NCBI GenBank assembly: GCA_036339875.1
Contig: JAYZAC010000101.1
Span: forward strand, 1-10,141
Length of the DNA stretch: 10,141 nt
Reading direction: 5' to 3'
Source of the DNA: a bacterium
GTDB lineage: Bacteria > Muiribacteriota > UBA6191
This document shows positions 7,292-10,141 of this stretch, piece after piece. Made by a program: the position numbers and the translations under genes. Within the stretch, counting starts at the first letter, position 1; each line of letters starts with the position of its first letter. The notes under the pieces were generated by a model, which saw nothing but the letters and a program-made list of their open reading frames with translations, ran no database searches and had not been told where the DNA came from.

Positions 7292-8272
7292 CTAATTACC
7301 CGAAAATCCGGTACCACTTTCAATTACATTTGTGGAAATATTAACCTGCGTCGATCTCTTTACAACTCGCTGACCATGCATAGGAGCAACGGCAGTAAAA
7401 TCAATTTCTAAAGTTTTTGATCTTTCATTGTCCTTTTCGAAAACTTTCACGGTAACTGTAGCAACACCACTAATTAACAATTTCAATCCAACAGAATTTT
7501 TTTCATCATCCTGCATTCCAGTTTGGATTTTTGTTTGAAAATCATTGGTATCGCAACCATATATCCCTTTACCAGTTATATATCCCTTATCCCCATTTTC
7601 AGGGCTTAAAGTTTTTGAATAGCAAAATCCTGTTTCCAAGAATAGATCTTGATAATGGAGGTATGTACCTTGCATCGGCTGCCAGACTTTCTGCCTATTT
7701 TTCAAAAATAATCTATGTTGACCACAACGTGGCATTGTATTGGCAAAGCCAGGTATATCAGCAAAACCTGGGCGACAACTTGTCCACTCCATAATATTTT
7801 GCTCTGTAGACGAGCTTTTGTAGCGATTACCCCCATCAAAATCCTCAGACAATCCCTCTTTAATACCGCTCCCAAAAAAATGATAGCGCGCTGAACCCGA
7901 GTCATAAATCACACCTCCACCGTTACCCTGACCCTCCGACAATGATGTGGTATTTTGTGAATAGGCTTCATTGCGTTCAAGATTAGAATTCTCAATTTTA
8001 CAAGCATAAGTATCGGATCTATCTCGAATTACACCTTTAAAGGTATTCAGAGTTGGATAGGAAGCTAAACGTAGGTACTTATTCAATCTTTGAATAGCAG
8101 ATTCCATCTGATAAACAACTTTTTGATTCCATGCGTCCACTGTAAATTGACGCGAGGACCTTCTAATTAATTGAGCTATCGCCAATCCTATTAAAGCTAA
8201 TATTGCCGCCACAATTAAAATCTCAGTCAATGTAAAAGCTCTAAATCTGGAAAAATTGAATTTATTTTTCAC
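7292..8272 (-). CDS. Prepilin-type N-terminal cleavage/methylation domain protein (PilW/GspJ-like minor pilin), ~326 aa
   Basis: Class III signal peptide RFRA|FTLTEILIVAAILALIGLAIAQLI with Glu5, then the helix QMESAIQRLNKYLRLA resembling PilW/GspJ-like pilins. GTG start at 8272 with GAGG (8279-8282) upstream gives a short basic leader and is preferred over 8320 or 8284. Confidence 0.8.
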   Translation of the reverse strand: MKNKFNFSRFRAFTLTEILIVAAILALIGLAIAQLIRRSSRQFTVDAWNQKVVYQMESAIQRLNKYLRLASYPTLNTFKGVIRDRSDTYACKIENSNLERNEAYSQNTTSLSEGQGNGGGVIYDSGSARYHFFGSGIKEGLSEDFDGGNRYKSSSTEQNIMEWTSCRPGFADIPGFANTMPRCGQHRLFLKNRQKVWQPMQGTYLHYQDLFLETGFCYSKTLSPENGDKGYITGKGIYGCDTNDFQTKIQTGMQDDEKNSVGLKLLISGVATVTVKVFEKDNERSKTLEIDFTAVAPMHGQRVVKRSTQVNISTNVIESGTGFSGN

Positions 8273-9191
8273 GTCTAACCTCATAGACACTTGTAACTGC
8301 TTCGCCACGCTGAACACCATCTAAAAGCCCTTGCGAAAAGTCTGCTTGTAAAGATTCGAATTTACTAATATTTGACACTGCATCGATTTGCTCATCAAAA
8401 CCGGACCCCGCTTGAGCTTTGGCTGTATATTTTTGAAAGACTCTGGTAAGGTTTTTGGGCTCGCCATTATCATCGCCATTGACTATAGATTTTTGATTTG
8501 CTCTTGTAGCGAAGCCTTTACAACTAACCATCACAGAATCCGTGCTGTAGTTCAATGCTCCTTGAGAACCAAAAATAAAAACTCTGTCTACGAGATAATT
8601 TCCACTGTAAGGGTCGTGCCAGTTAGTACCCATTGCCTGATCATCATGGGTTTCACTATTGATGGTTATTACCGATTGATTTGAATCACCAATCGGATAT
8701 TCAGATCTTATGTCTTTTAGAAATCTATTTAAGTGAGTTGACATTACTCCTTGAAAAGTTTTATCCAAATCACTTAATGCCCAATTACCTGATCTAGAAA
8801 CAATCAACATTTCCTGTCCATCTGCAGCACCTAATGTTGGCGCCTGAACATCTCCAGTAAAAAACATTGGACCGGGGTTATTATAACGATCCATCTTGCG
8901 CGTAAAATCGTAATAAGGGTTTTTACCAATCGCATATGCAGCAGCGTCATAAAATGGCGTCGGCAATAGGCGAAATTTTAGTAGAGCGTGTTGTTGACCT
9001 CCTTTAGCCAGAAAAAGACTCTGATATTTTTCTTTCATCTGAAATACTTTTTCTCGCGAATCGGAACCACCGCTCAAGAGAATAACTACCATTGCCATCA
9101 AAGTCATACCTACAATGATTACTAAAAGTATAGTTATGCCTTTTTGAGACTTGAAAATACGCTCAGATAATATTTCAGAGTTCGAAAGCAT
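8262..9191 (-). CDS. PilX/GspK-like minor pilin (class III signal peptide lacking Glu5), 309 aa
   Basis: KSQKG|ITILLVIIVGMTLMAMVVILL has no Glu at +5. It is followed by QSLFLAKGGQQHAL, resembling the PilX N-terminal 'qA.y.AEaG...a' helix. The ATG overlaps the upstream stop (TAATG). Confidence 0.7.
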   Translation of the reverse strand: MLSNSEILSERIFKSQKGITILLVIIVGMTLMAMVVILLSGGSDSREKVFQMKEKYQSLFLAKGGQQHALLKFRLLPTPFYDAAAYAIGKNPYYDFTRKMDRYNNPGPMFFTGDVQAPTLGAADGQEMLIVSRSGNWALSDLDKTFQGVMSTHLNRFLKDIRSEYPIGDSNQSVITINSETHDDQAMGTNWHDPYSGNYLVDRVFIFGSQGALNYSTDSVMVSCKGFATRANQKSIVNGDDNGEPKNLTRVFQKYTAKAQAGSGFDEQIDAVSNISKFESLQADFSQGLLDGVQRGEAVTSVYEVRREK

Positions 9192-10141
9192 TATTCATCC
9201 GCAGTTAATAGATTAGCTTTGAAGGAGATAAGGTAATACTCTTGACGTGCTTGCGGTTTGGAGCCCCAACTTCTCGGTGTCCAGTGAATTCCTAAAACAA
9301 TTTTCATAAGAGCACCATCATCTTTACCGTCTGAATCGAGGTCTTCAAAATTATGGAAAGCCTTGTCCTCGTATCGAGGATTATAAGGTTGATTGATTGG
9401 CTTTGGTAACATGGAGTTCGCAGGATCTGGCGCATCATTCCATTCTTTATCCTGAGTATTTCCAGAGGCTTGACCTTCATTACCCCAAGAATATGAATCC
9501 ACGACAGGAAATCCGTGACGAAAACTATCATTCATAGGATCATCGATCCCGTTTTGATAGAATAAATTACCAGCCAATGCAGTGGCACTACCACTAACTT
9601 GTCGATAAGGATTGATAGGTCTTTTACCATCTCGCGCACAATCAGAAGCCCCACCTACAGACTTTATGTCAGCAGATAAAGAATCATTAGTTGTATTATT
9701 TTCGGCACAATCATTGTTGGGGTCAAACCAAGGGTTGGGATAATACGAAAAAGTTAACTCTCTGGTAGGATCTGCATTGTACTTGTATGACAAGTCTATA
9801 TCTGGTTCAGGACTACTTGGATCATCAGCATAAATCCCTGCCCACAGTAAAATCTTAAAGTCAACTCCACCTTTAGTAATTATACGATCCCCATCATTAT
9901 CTAAACGATAATCTCCACCTTTGGCAGCTCCAAGAATTGACTTTAGGTTGTAATTTTGAAAATCAAGACTTCCAAAACTTTCTCTGAAGTCCGCCTGAAC
10001 CCTATTATTGGCAAGTTTTGCCTTGGTTCCTTGACCTGTTGCAGGATTATAACCTTCTGGCTCTATTGCCAAAAAAGGAACATCCTCACTCAGTAACCTC
10101 TCCATTACGTTACTACTAATATCAAGTGCATTACTCCAGGC
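9191..10141 (-). CDS. Probable PilV/GspI-like minor pilin with large insertion, partial (5' end beyond the window)
   Basis: The frame stays open from 10105 to the window edge (AWSNALDISSNVMERLL), resembling the post-TM 'A..ia...mE.l' helix of PilV-like pilins. The C-terminal LMKIVLGIHW matches the 'lkkv.v.v.W' strand. It is coupled to two pilin-like genes. The signal peptide itself is not visible. Confidence 0.6.
   Translation of the reverse strand, partial: AWSNALDISSNVMERLLSEDVPFLAIEPEGYNPATGQGTKAKLANNRVQADFRESFGSLDFQNYNLKSILGAAKGGDYRLDNDGDRIITKGGVDFKILLWAGIYADDPSSPEPDIDLSYKYNADPTRELTFSYYPNPWFDPNNDCAENNTTNDSLSADIKSVGGASDCARDGKRPINPYRQVSGSATALAGNLFYQNGIDDPMNDSFRHGFPVVDSYSWGNEGQASGNTQDKEWNDAPDPANSMLPKPINQPYNPRYEDKAFHNFEDLDSDGKDDGALMKIVLGIHWTPRSWGSKPQARQEYYLISFKANLLTADE

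Noticed and set aside
6223..9531. Short ORFs 6223-6417, 6311-6505, 7531-7794, 7702-7905, 8388-8684 and 9304-9531
   Set aside because: They are antisense or out-of-frame overlaps of well-supported genes, with no protein-like signatures.
10103..10105. ATG 10105 as the start of the last gene
   Set aside because: The frame is open to the window edge, there is no SD, and the upstream residues continue a pilin-like helix, so the gene is 5'-truncated by the window.

Overview
AT-rich bacterial window with ordinary genetic-code behaviour. At the left, a ~247-bp divergent intergenic region separates two genes for exported proteins: a partial minus-strand gene missed by the ORF track (1-312) and a ~979-aa protein with a C-terminal vWA-like domain (560-3499). 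The rest is a minus-strand run of eight genes. First come three large type IV minor-pilin/pseudopilin-like genes (PilV-like partial, PilX-like, PilW-like). A ~118-bp gap follows, holding a perfect extended -10 element and a CRP-like site centred at -61.5. Then comes a tightly coupled unit: FecR-domain membrane protein, two tandem stand-alone cyclic-nucleotide-binding proteins without HTH, L-serine dehydratase (sdaA) and a small exported protein. This putative cNMP-controlled FecR-cNMP-cNMP-SdaA unit is the best candidate for an undescribed system. No RNA genes, CRISPR arrays or mobile elements were recognised. All domain calls are by eye, with no database search.
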